Shown one piece after another: positions 1 through 7,424 of a DNA stretch of 38,230 nt. The number at the start of each line of letters is the position of its first letter. The stretch's first letter is position 1. The stretch comes from a virus. The stretch lies in the IMG/VR virus record IMGVR_UViG_3300045988_172120, positions 1-38,230 of that record. The stretch is one strand, 5' to 3'. A program made the translations under genes and the position numbers. Below the pieces are notes generated by a model. The model had not been told where the DNA came from and did not search any database. It saw only the letters and a program-made list of their open reading frames with translations.

Positions 1-55
1 GGAAGTGCCTAGGAGGGGCACAAATAATGAGTGACATTTTCGATATTGTGGTGGA
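1..55. repeat. Left terminal inverted repeat, 55 bp, perfect reverse complement of 38176..38230
   Basis: Bases 1-55 (ggaagtgcctaggaggggcacaaataatgagtgacattttcgatattgtggtgga) equal the reverse complement of the last 55 bases. Identity stops at position 56 (a versus c). It contains the SD AGGAGG and the ATG at 27. Confidence 0.97.
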
Positions 56-593
56 AAACAGCCAAGACGACCTTGAAGTAATCAAGGGTTTCATGCTCAC
101 ATGTGGTGAAACCATCGCCCCAGAAGTGACCGAATCCATGGGGCGTCGCCCTAGCGGCATTGATCGGTGGGGTGGTGATGTTTTCGTCACCCAGGGCAAA
201 CTGTCCCTGTCGGTGAATGTGCTATATGACTTCCCATGGGGCTCCACCGATGCTAACAATCACCCGGTTGTGATCGAAGCCACACTACGTGAGGAAAACC
301 CCAGCGAGATTGTTGTGCTAGGATCAATTCTGCTGAATGACCAGCGCGACATGGATACGATCGAATGGTTGTTCGATGGTTTGGACTGGAACCCCCAATC
401 ACAAATCAAGTTCATTCGCAAGTCCGCACGCAACGCGCGTATCGAATACGTGTGCGAAACCCTCAATCTTTGGCAGATGGAAGCCCGCTGGGAAAACCAA
501 ACTCTAGGGGAAAAAGCGCGTACACACTACCGCCGGGCATACCTGGCCAAAAAAGGTGAGCTCACAGAACTACTCGAAAATGATGTGATGTAA
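27..593 (+). CDS. Hypothetical protein (left end gene, N-terminus MSDIFDIVV shared with right end gene)
   Basis: 188-aa ORF with SD AGGAGG 8 nt upstream of the ATG. The first 9 codons lie inside the ITR. No motif recognised. Confidence 0.8.
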   Translation: MSDIFDIVVENSQDDLEVIKGFMLTCGETIAPEVTESMGRRPSGIDRWGGDVFVTQGKLSLSVNVLYDFPWGSTDANNHPVVIEATLREENPSEIVVLGSILLNDQRDMDTIEWLFDGLDWNPQSQIKFIRKSARNARIEYVCETLNLWQMEARWENQTLGEKARTHYRRAYLAKKGELTELLENDVM

Positions 594-609
594 AACACGG
601 CGTGGGGGT

Positions 610-639
610 TTGACGCCGGGGCAAGCCACACTGTATAAT
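610..639 (+). promoter_or_regulatory. Sigma-70/SigA-like promoter TTGACG-N18-TATAAT
   Basis: ttgacg at 610..615 and tataat at 634..639, in the gap between the 27..593 and 709..1194 genes. It is homologous to the cassette at 9327..9422. Confidence 0.65.
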
Positions 640-664
640 AGGGGCATAGGGTAAAGCAGAAAAG

Positions 665-683
665 ACCAACCAAAAGGGTTGGT
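665..683 (+). promoter_or_regulatory. Conserved 5-prime leader stem-loop (accaacc-aaaag-ggttggt)
   Basis: 7-bp stem read directly. The leader 666..711 aligns with 9381..9425 over ~45 nt, including the SD and ATG. Confidence 0.55.
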
Positions 684-708
684 GCCCTAAGGTTCAAGGA
701 GGACCACC

Positions 709-1194
709 ATGCAAGCACAGTACCAAAATCAGGCACCCGCCACCATCGAGGGCCTGATCCGTAAGGTTTTTGAGGGCGAAGACTTCTACAGCTTTTCGGT
801 TGTGTATGAGGATTCCCCCGCGGTTGATGTTTTCGGCTATGGGGCCTTTGAAAAGCAAATCGGCGAGGGCTTGAATGCTGGCGTGTCGTTTGAAACCGGT
901 ATCGACTACACCGACGCCCTAGATCACCTGACTGGCCGTTTCGCCCTCAGCATTGAAGGGCAGCGCTGGGGTGATTACGTACACTACGAATGGTTCGTGT
1001 CCACGAAGCCGGGCGATGAGGAAATGCAAGATTTGCTGCGCTTGTTCCCCAAGGCTGAGGAATGCCTGAAAATCGCTGCAGCCCAGGTTCATAGCGCTAT
1101 CCTGGAATACCCCGAGGATTACACCGATGCGGAGGTGGCCCATGCGAAAGTGATGCTGGAAGCCCTCGACCCCAACGGTGACCTGGACTACTAA
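709..1194 (+). CDS. Hypothetical protein, arm paralog family A
   Basis: 161-aa ORF with SD AAGGAGG. It shares motifs with the 37408..37854 and 36495..37013 products (TIEGLIRKVFE / TMETLVKSIFE; YTDAEVAHAKVMLE / YTQAEVAEIGKQNLE). Confidence 0.85.
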   Translation: MQAQYQNQAPATIEGLIRKVFEGEDFYSFSVVYEDSPAVDVFGYGAFEKQIGEGLNAGVSFETGIDYTDALDHLTGRFALSIEGQRWGDYVHYEWFVSTKPGDEEMQDLLRLFPKAEECLKIAAAQVHSAILEYPEDYTDAEVAHAKVMLEALDPNGDLDY

Positions 1195-1258
1195 AAACAA
1201 TTTTCGGAACGGGGGTGGCCAATGGTTGCCCCCGAACCGGAAAAGTGAGGATAACACT

Positions 1259-1750
1259 ATGGTTACAATCCCAGAAATTGAGCAGCGCCTAGCCGATTAT
1301 GTGATCCGTGACCCACGGCAGTTCATGCCTTCGGATTATGATTTGCGTGGTGTTGCGGAAATGATTGCCGACACAAGCCTTGAAGACGGCGACCTGCACA
1401 ATCCCGATTGGGTGAAAGCGGTGAAACCCCTGCTCCAATCACATTTTGCGAAGATCAACATTTTTGATTTGGATTGGGAGTTTGTTCAGCACGGCGATGA
1501 TGTGATGCTGGTTGCGGTTTTCCACAGCCTGTGGGGGGATCAGGATATTGTAGTTGACCGGTGGGGCGATATTCATACCCGTATCGGTGCAGATTTTAAG
1601 CCAAGCCGACTGATGTGGTCTGAGGAGTACCATTCCCATGGTGACCATTTTGATGAGATTTTGGTCACATCGTGGCGGTTCATGGTTGACCGCCTGCGTG
1701 ACCGGCTTGAGGAGCATATTGAGCAGAATAATATTGGTGGAGGTGCATAA
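1259..1750 (+). CDS. Hypothetical protein
   Basis: The ORF track gives 1178..1750. I trimmed it to the in-frame ATG at 1259, which is preceded by the SD-like GTGAGGA. Product is acidic and W-rich. Confidence 0.7.
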   Translation: MVTIPEIEQRLADYVIRDPRQFMPSDYDLRGVAEMIADTSLEDGDLHNPDWVKAVKPLLQSHFAKINIFDLDWEFVQHGDDVMLVAVFHSLWGDQDIVVDRWGDIHTRIGADFKPSRLMWSEEYHSHGDHFDEILVTSWRFMVDRLRDRLEEHIEQNNIGGGA

Positions 1751-1751
1751 A

Positions 1752-2387
1752 ATGTCAAGTGTTGAAGACCGGTTCCCGCTACCGGAAAAGTGGTTTAATG
1801 ATTTCGATGATTTGGTGGAGGAACAAATCCGCCTCATCATTGGTGATGATGTGAAGTACATTTCCGAAAGCGCTTTGGAGCAGTTTCTTGCTGCCAAGCC
1901 GGTTAAGGGTGATGGGCTTCACATTGGCCTGAAGGAAAGCGTGCGTGGCGATTATCGGAAGTTTTTGCAGATGCTTGACGCTTGCGATATTCGTAATCTG
2001 CATTTGCCTATCAATAATGATGTTGATGTCCATGAATATAATCGAACATTTTATGCGAATAATGAAAATGTTTATGATGCGTTGGCCACTAGTTATTATG
2101 AGCTAGAATGGCCTGGTGGGTCAACCGTGTGGGTTGATATGAGCTATGACACGGGTTCGGGCGAATCGCGGTTCCTACTGTTTGGTGATAAGTTCGGGCC
2201 TGGTGATAGCCGGGTGCATGATGTTCGGTTGGATACCGACCGCCACCCCAATCATGCGGTTTTGTTGGATAAGATCTTCCCAGGGTGGCGCGAACAAATG
2301 TTCGATCCGTTCGCGAAAGGTTGGGAGAAGCAGATTGCGGAATGGCGTGCTGAAGACGAAGCCGAGGAAGAGAAAGAAGAAGTTTAA
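1752..2387 (+). CDS. Hypothetical protein, C-terminal region paralogous to the 33784..34362 product
   Basis: In-frame ATG at 1752 preceded by GGTGGAGGTG, 1 nt after the upstream stop. The C-terminus AVLLDKIFPGWREQMFDPFAKGWEK matches ALLDMIIPGWRDVLAEFDAKCEK in the right-arm protein. Confidence 0.75.
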   Translation: MSSVEDRFPLPEKWFNDFDDLVEEQIRLIIGDDVKYISESALEQFLAAKPVKGDGLHIGLKESVRGDYRKFLQMLDACDIRNLHLPINNDVDVHEYNRTFYANNENVYDALATSYYELEWPGGSTVWVDMSYDTGSGESRFLLFGDKFGPGDSRVHDVRLDTDRHPNHAVLLDKIFPGWREQMFDPFAKGWEKQIAEWRAEDEAEEEKEEV

Positions 2388-2393
2388 CGGTTA

Positions 2394-2420
2394 GCCCCCT
2401 ATTATGGGGGTGGGGTTTGG
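2394..2420 (+). terminator. Weak hairpin (ccccc-tattat-ggggg) after the 1752..2387 gene
   Basis: 5-bp GC stem at 2395..2399 / 2406..2410, followed by only a short T run (gggtttgggg). Confidence 0.3.
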
Positions 2421-2484
2421 GGCCAGGGCAGGCAACACTATTGGGGGTAACATTTTCAGAAAGGAAGAATCGTGGCAATGATGT

Positions 2485-3030
2485 GTGGTGAAAATGATTA
2501 ACTTTTTCAGGAAGGCAAACAGCAACCTTCGGCACTCGGGCCTAGGGGCCTATGTGAACACCTTCATATTCGCAGTAGAAGGCCACCTTGAAAAGAGAGA
2601 GTACAATGATGTGATCCGCAATTTAATGACACGGCGAGATTGGGAAGGGGATACTATGCGCAACCAGAAGTTTACACATGATTTCGCCTGTGAGGTATTG
2701 GCCCCGTTGCTGGCTGTAGCGGTTGAGCAAAATTCACTCTTTGATGCGTGTAGGCCAAAACCCCCAGAATATAGTACGATCCGCGAAATGTATTCCTGGA
2801 TTTTTGAAACCGTGCAAAAGTATTGCAAAAAGTATGGGCTTGATTACGAAAAACTGCTTGCCGAAGTCAGGAGGCAAACCCCGCTAGGTGATGACGGTTT
2901 CATCTCCCCCGGCTACCATATCAGCACCTGTAGGTATAATAGTGCTCTGTCTGGCGGGTTTTTCTTAGACTGCCCTAAAATAGATTTTAGGGACTGCAAG
3001 GATTCAGGGGTACGGCATGTTAGTCTCTGA
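2485..3030 (+). CDS. Hypothetical protein
   Basis: 181-aa ORF. Start is uncertain (GTG 2485 or ATG 2494). No motif recognised. The region looks more AT-rich by eye than its neighbours. Confidence 0.6.
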   Translation: MVKMINFFRKANSNLRHSGLGAYVNTFIFAVEGHLEKREYNDVIRNLMTRRDWEGDTMRNQKFTHDFACEVLAPLLAVAVEQNSLFDACRPKPPEYSTIREMYSWIFETVQKYCKKYGLDYEKLLAEVRRQTPLGDDGFISPGYHISTCRYNSALSGGFFLDCPKIDFRDCKDSGVRHVSL

Positions 3031-3097
3031 GATTGTTGCACTGGTTTGCGGAATGATTGTTACTATTGTGTTCCTTTGGGATAGCCGCAGGTGACCC

Positions 3098-3496
3098 ATG
3101 CTACTCCATGATAAGATTGTTTGGTACGATAAAGTTTTACGGCACCACGCTGTCCGTATGCTTTCCGGTTTTTATAGCCGTGATGGTTGGGCACACGTGT
3201 CACGGGTGTATGGTGTGGACAATGAGCTACTGAAACTCTTAACAAAACCTAAGTCCATGACAGTTGAAGAGAATAAAATGATTCTTGACAGCATGGTGTA
3301 TGCCGCAAGGGAGCTTGCAAGGTTTCACATGTTGCACATGTCGGACGGCTGCAGTCTGCGGTGGTACGCCAAGCAGTTCAGTGTTTACGGAAAACCCTGC
3401 AAAGATGGTCTAGGGAGAGATTGTGAGATATTCGTCATTAAGTCACGAAAGCCGGGCGGGCTGGTTAAAGCTAAGAAAATCGTACTTGACCGCTAG
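3098..3496 (+). CDS. Hypothetical protein
   Basis: 132-aa ORF with ATG preceded by GCAGGTG. Its last 74 nt overlap the next gene in another frame. Confidence 0.55.
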   Translation: MLLHDKIVWYDKVLRHHAVRMLSGFYSRDGWAHVSRVYGVDNELLKLLTKPKSMTVEENKMILDSMVYAARELARFHMLHMSDGCSLRWYAKQFSVYGKPCKDGLGRDCEIFVIKSRKPGGLVKAKKIVLDR

Positions 3497-4073
3497 CGAA
3501 ATGGGCAAGCTCGGCCCGAAAGCCGTCAAGGCCATGGTGAACCTCGGTGAGGAAAAATGGGGCGACACACCCCCCTTCCGGGGGAACGAATACACGGAGT
3601 GGGGCAACATTCGGGAACCGGTTATTGTGGGAAAACTATTGGAGGCGTGGATTCCGGTTGAACATAACACAAACCTTTTAGTGTCCACAACCCACCCGCT
3701 GTTTGCTGCCACACCCGACGGCTTGATTCCCGGCAAGAATGCTACGGTGCAGATTAAAACCGCCGGCACGAAGCGTTTCTTTGATGATGTGGCGCACATG
3801 CCGAAGAATTACATGCGTCAATGCCAATGGGAAATGCTTATTACCGATGCGGAAAAGTGTTTGTTCGTGGTTGAGGAAAGGTTGGAGTCGTTCGATGGTT
3901 TCCAGCCCGGTAGGATCACCACCATGACCGTACCCCGTGACGATAAACTTATCGGCGCCCTGGTGGAAACGGGCATGCGGTTTGTGAACCTGGTTTTGGA
4001 CGGCACCATCAACCACCCCCACAATGAGGCGTTCAGGCGGTTCAAAGCGGAAGCTGAGTTTTTCTATAAGTGA
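3423..4073 (+). CDS. YqaJ / lambda-exonuclease-like recombination exonuclease (PD-(D/E)XK fold)
   Basis: N-terminal GWLKLRKSYLTASEMGKL, then NIREPVIV, HPLFAATPDG and VQIKT match the YqaJ viral recombinase pattern. GTG start is preceded by GGGAGAG. Confidence 0.75.
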   Translation: MRYSSLSHESRAGWLKLRKSYLTASEMGKLGPKAVKAMVNLGEEKWGDTPPFRGNEYTEWGNIREPVIVGKLLEAWIPVEHNTNLLVSTTHPLFAATPDGLIPGKNATVQIKTAGTKRFFDDVAHMPKNYMRQCQWEMLITDAEKCLFVVEERLESFDGFQPGRITTMTVPRDDKLIGALVETGMRFVNLVLDGTINHPHNEAFRRFKAEAEFFYK

Positions 4074-4087
4074 GACACGAAAAATAA

Positions 4088-4117
4088 CCCCCGGTATAAA
4101 AGCCGGGGGTGTTTTTA
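4088..4117. terminator. Bidirectional intrinsic terminator where the two arms converge
   Basis: Stem cccccgg (4088..4094) / ccggggg (4103..4109) with an 8-nt loop. It is followed by tgttttt on the plus strand and a T-rich run on the minus strand, between convergent stops at 4073 and 4144. Confidence 0.85.
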
Positions 4118-4143
4118 TATGCGCCATTAATGTCACTGTTATG

Positions 4144-4515
4144 TTATTGGTCGGCGTCAAGGGTGCTGTTGATCTCACGAAGCTGTTTTACTTGCACATT
4201 TATCAGCTCATCATCGGGTATATCATTCGCCCTATGTATACTCAGCAGTCTATCTATCACGCTTATAGCGCGCTCCAGTGCCCTGTGCAAGCGTGACGCT
4301 ATATCCTCGATAGCGTGACGCCTGTCGCGTTCCTCATCAATGCGCTTCTCCAATATGTTTACTTGGTCTGATAGGCTGGTGATGCGTTGGTCCATGCGTT
4401 CGATTTCGCTTTTTCTAAGGTTCTGGTTATCGGTTTTAGCTTTCATCCATGCTGCTATTAGTGCGGTGACTGCGGTGGCTAGGGCTGCGCTTAGCGCCGT
4501 TAATTCGGCTATCAT
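4144..4515 (-). CDS. Membrane-anchored coiled-coil protein, last gene of the lysis cassette
   Basis: Trimmed to the internal ATG at 4515 (SD GAAAGG). The N-terminal hydrophobic helix MIAELTALSAALATAVTALIAAWM is followed by a charged heptad-like region. Its position is downstream of the holin. Confidence 0.7.
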   Translation of the reverse strand: MIAELTALSAALATAVTALIAAWMKAKTDNQNLRKSEIERMDQRITSLSDQVNILEKRIDEERDRRHAIEDIASRLHRALERAISVIDRLLSIHRANDIPDDELINVQVKQLREINSTLDADQ

Positions 4516-4539
4516 ATGTTCTACCTTTCGGGTATTATG

Positions 4540-4567
4540 AAAAGCCCCAACCCATATAGGCTGGGGC
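4540..4567 (-). terminator. Hairpin plus T run after the holin gene
   Basis: Minus sense reads gcccca-N12-tggggc then ttttcat. The stem is at 4544..4549 / 4562..4567. Confidence 0.5.
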
Positions 4568-4586
4568 AATCATCACTGCTCAAATA

Positions 4587-4958
4587 CTACTTTTCCGGTG
4601 CCTCAATCACCGCGGGGGCAACAACCCGATTATGGGACTTACCCGCCTCCGTATCATCAATGATGTTGAACAGCTCATCATTGATTTTGTCCACCACACT
4701 ATCGGTCACACCGTTAGGGGTGCGAGACACACCCAACACTGTGAGAGCACTAAGAATGATCGGGACGATCTGCTCCGTGTAGGCAGGCAGGTTAGTGTGG
4801 TGCGCGAACACACCAGTCAGCACCACCGCCACAATCAGCAGGGCGCTACCGAAAGCCGCGGTCACCGTGTTAGCCTTACGCTTACTTAAGGATTGCCTAG
4901 CAGCAATACTACGCAAGGCCTGGTTGAGCACGTCCGCGGTTTGATTATTGAAAGCCAT
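4587..4958 (-). CDS. Holin (two predicted transmembrane helices)
   Basis: 123 aa with hydrophobic stretches AAFGSALLIVAVVLTGVF and IVPIILSALTVLGV and a charged C-terminus. It lies immediately downstream of the endolysin. SD is GGAAGGGGA. Confidence 0.75.
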   Translation of the reverse strand: MAFNNQTADVLNQALRSIAARQSLSKRKANTVTAAFGSALLIVAVVLTGVFAHHTNLPAYTEQIVPIILSALTVLGVSRTPNGVTDSVVDKINDELFNIIDDTEAGKSHNRVVAPAVIEAPEK

Positions 4959-4973
4959 AAACTTTCCCCTTCC

Positions 4974-6488
4974 TTACCGAATCCGGTTGGCAATGTTTTG
5001 CAGAAGATCATTCTGCTTTTCTGTGAGTTCGATAAGCTTATCCAGCTTATCCCCATTACGCTGGGCAGACTCCATACCCATGAATGCGTGCGCGTTGGTG
5101 TTGATGATGAAGTCACGTAAAGTGCCTTCCCATTCGCTACCAGGCACCCGCGATTTAAAGCGTGCGTCTAAAACACCCATAAGCTCCCCTTTCCCAAAAG
5201 GTGGGTTATCAATATATTTCTGAACATTTGCACGGAACTCGTCCATATCCATCATGTGGCCAGCAACACCGTCACCCGCGCCGGGGTCCCACTTGCCCTG
5301 CGCATAATATGAGTACTCCCAGTGGGCAATACACCGGCTGGAATCCAAACCCAAATACCACAGCAATGCCGCTACAATCCTGTGGTAGGTGTCCAGCATA
5401 TTATCCGGCCACGGTGAAACCCCGTCCGACTGGGGTTCAATACCGATCATATACGGGTTAGCGTTATCGGTCGGCAAGCCGGGGTACGATCCCCGACCCA
5501 AATGCCAGGCCACACCAGCCCCACAAATCGTGGCGGTATAGGGGGGCGTGCGGCTTAAATGAATCTGAGAAGACAAGCCGTTTTCAAGTCCGGGGTTCCG
5601 CGCAATATATTCCGCAGAAGTATTATTAGCACCCGTGTGGTGCACCGCCACACCCCAAATCTTCGTGAAGTCACCCATGCCCCACTCTCGCCAACCATCA
5701 AGTTCTTGCACGTCAACGCCGAAAGCGCGTAAAACTTCGGGCATGAACAGGGGGTCGCCGTAGTGGTTGGGGTTGGGCTGTATCGGCATAATATCGGCTT
5801 CCATGTGTTCCTCTGTGTCCGGCATTTCTTCGGTCATGGGTTGCGTCAGTTGCGTATGCGGGGTACCACTGGCGTTCGTTTGCCCCCACTCATGCCATAG
5901 GATTTCATTAACGTCACACTGTACGCCACCCACTGTTACGGTCCCGATTTTTTGGAACAGGACGGCTTCTGGGGCTAGCTCACCCCCGCTCCATGCTGCG
6001 GTCTGCCAAGCCAAGAAATGCCCCTCGCCACAATCGGCAATCACACCGTCCTCAACAGCCCACGATATTACACGCGAATGCCCATATATTCCGGTGCGAG
6101 ACACACCCAGAATATCGTTCACCCCACGGAAGTATTCAACACCGAAACTATTCCACTCGCTGAGAGAAATATTATAATCCACGGCGAAGAAGCATGCAGC
6201 ATCACCGCGCCCTAGACTTTGCAAATGCTGCAAAACCGCGGTAGCATCCGATACCCCACCAGCGTAGCCACGCTTGATATCCGAGTCGTGTTCCTTCCCG
6301 TACTGATACACGAAAGCTATTGACAAGCCGTTACGGTAGAAGTCGTCAAGCTCGTTTTTACCAATCGGCTTGCCCCGCATCCACGCTTCCCGTGGTTGGG
6401 ATACGTACCGCACAGCACCCATATGACCAGCGTTTTTAACATCGGCGGCGCTTGGAACACCAGCCGAATAGTCAATAATTGTTGACAA
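4974..6488 (-). CDS. lysA: Modular endolysin (N-terminal Rv2525c/GH25-like glycosidase domain, central amidase_2/PGRP domain, C-terminal putative wall-binding domain)
   Basis: The N-terminus (IDYSAGVPSAADVKNAGHMGAVRYVS ... FFAVDYN) resembles the DUF1906 glycoside-hydrolase-like domain. The centre (VAVHHTGANNTSAEY ... IGIEPQSDG) resembles an N-acetylmuramoyl-L-alanine amidase. Apparent TTG start at 6488 with an in-frame stop just upstream. Confidence 0.85.
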   Translation of the reverse strand: MSTIIDYSAGVPSAADVKNAGHMGAVRYVSQPREAWMRGKPIGKNELDDFYRNGLSIAFVYQYGKEHDSDIKRGYAGGVSDATAVLQHLQSLGRGDAACFFAVDYNISLSEWNSFGVEYFRGVNDILGVSRTGIYGHSRVISWAVEDGVIADCGEGHFLAWQTAAWSGGELAPEAVLFQKIGTVTVGGVQCDVNEILWHEWGQTNASGTPHTQLTQPMTEEMPDTEEHMEADIMPIQPNPNHYGDPLFMPEVLRAFGVDVQELDGWREWGMGDFTKIWGVAVHHTGANNTSAEYIARNPGLENGLSSQIHLSRTPPYTATICGAGVAWHLGRGSYPGLPTDNANPYMIGIEPQSDGVSPWPDNMLDTYHRIVAALLWYLGLDSSRCIAHWEYSYYAQGKWDPGAGDGVAGHMMDMDEFRANVQKYIDNPPFGKGELMGVLDARFKSRVPGSEWEGTLRDFIINTNAHAFMGMESAQRNGDKLDKLIELTEKQNDLLQNIANRIR

Positions 6489-6503
6489 TCACATCACCCC
6501 TAA

Positions 6504-7424
6504 TCAGTCATCTGTTGCCTTGAAAAATAGGTAGCACTTACCATTCTTAATATTGTGGGGGTCGCCAGTCCACCCGGTGGCGAAGCATTTCCAAAACTCG
6601 TCGGACCGCAGCGAAAGCCCTGTATTGCTGTATGTTTCCCCCGTGTCAGCATCCTGTAGCACCACTATCATCCTGCCCCACGGGTGTTTTTTCTTAGCTT
6701 TGCAATCCACAGTGAGTGTCGGCTGGTCATCAATTTTGCCGTTGGGGTCGATAACCACCTCATATTTTGTATTCATTGACCCCATATTGGGGTGCTTGAA
6801 TTCAAAATCGTACACCAGGTCAACCCCAAATTTTGATTTCATGTACGCTTCCAGGGCGGTTAGGTTAGCCCCTGCGCGTTTCCGCTCATCGACGATGCGT
6901 AGCCACGTGTCGGATTGGTGTTTTAGCAGCTTTTCGTTGCGGTTAAGAATGTCCTTAGAAATTTTGATTTTCCGCACCACGCCGGTGGGGGTTGCTACGA
7001 ACTCTACCCCGGACACTTTTGCCTCACGAAACATTCCAGGCCCCACCATCACATCAACCACATCACCAGGGATAACATCAACGCCAGGGTTTGTGTTGCC
7101 AACCTCCAGGCCCTCAATATCCCGGGTGAAAGTAGTGGTCATCTCATTAGCCTTCTCCGCCCCATCAATCACCTGCGCAATATCCGTCACCCCGGCCGGA
7201 ATATTAATACTAATATCCGACTTAAGAAAAGCCTGAATAAACAAGCCGTTACCCAAATCATTCTTAAACGCATACACATAGACGGAACGTTTCCGCTGGT
7301 CCTCCGACAACGATGCTCCATCGGGGTAGGTTACCGACCATGCCCCATACAGGCGTGTAGCCGTGGGGTAGGTGACAACAAACTCCATACTATTAGGTGT
7401 AACAATTTTATTCACCTTAGGCAT
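6504..7424 (-). CDS. Minor tail protein (candidate receptor-binding protein)
   Basis: Trimmed to the internal ATG at 7424, which overlaps the upstream stop (ATGCCTAA). It is the last of three genes after the tape measure. No motif recognised. Confidence 0.65.
   Translation of the reverse strand: MPKVNKIVTPNSMEFVVTYPTATRLYGAWSVTYPDGASLSEDQRKRSVYVYAFKNDLGNGLFIQAFLKSDISINIPAGVTDIAQVIDGAEKANEMTTTFTRDIEGLEVGNTNPGVDVIPGDVVDVMVGPGMFREAKVSGVEFVATPTGVVRKIKISKDILNRNEKLLKHQSDTWLRIVDERKRAGANLTALEAYMKSKFGVDLVYDFEFKHPNMGSMNTKYEVVIDPNGKIDDQPTLTVDCKAKKKHPWGRMIVVLQDADTGETYSNTGLSLRSDEFWKCFATGWTGDPHNIKNGKCYLFFKATDD

Noticed and set aside
1195-1258. Hairpin cggggg-N13-cccccg between genes 709..1194 and 1259..1750.
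   Set aside because: No T run follows it on the transcribed strand, so it is not called a terminator. It may be an mRNA-stabilising structure, but there is no second copy or other support.
4122-4139. Exact 13-mer GTGACATTAATGG (minus sense) shared between 4123..4135 and 17479..17491, both just after stop codons.
   Set aside because: By rough estimate, tens of exact 13-mer coincidences are expected by chance in 38 kb on two strands, so the match alone is not significant. It is kept only as supporting context for the operator-like palindrome observation.
6553-7236. Plus-strand antisense ORFs in the structural and packaging genes (6553..7236, 21665..22231, 24385..25086, 30414..30926).
   Set aside because: These are Ser/Pro/Thr-rich shadow frames of confidently assigned minus-strand genes (minor tail, protease, TerL, DnaB).
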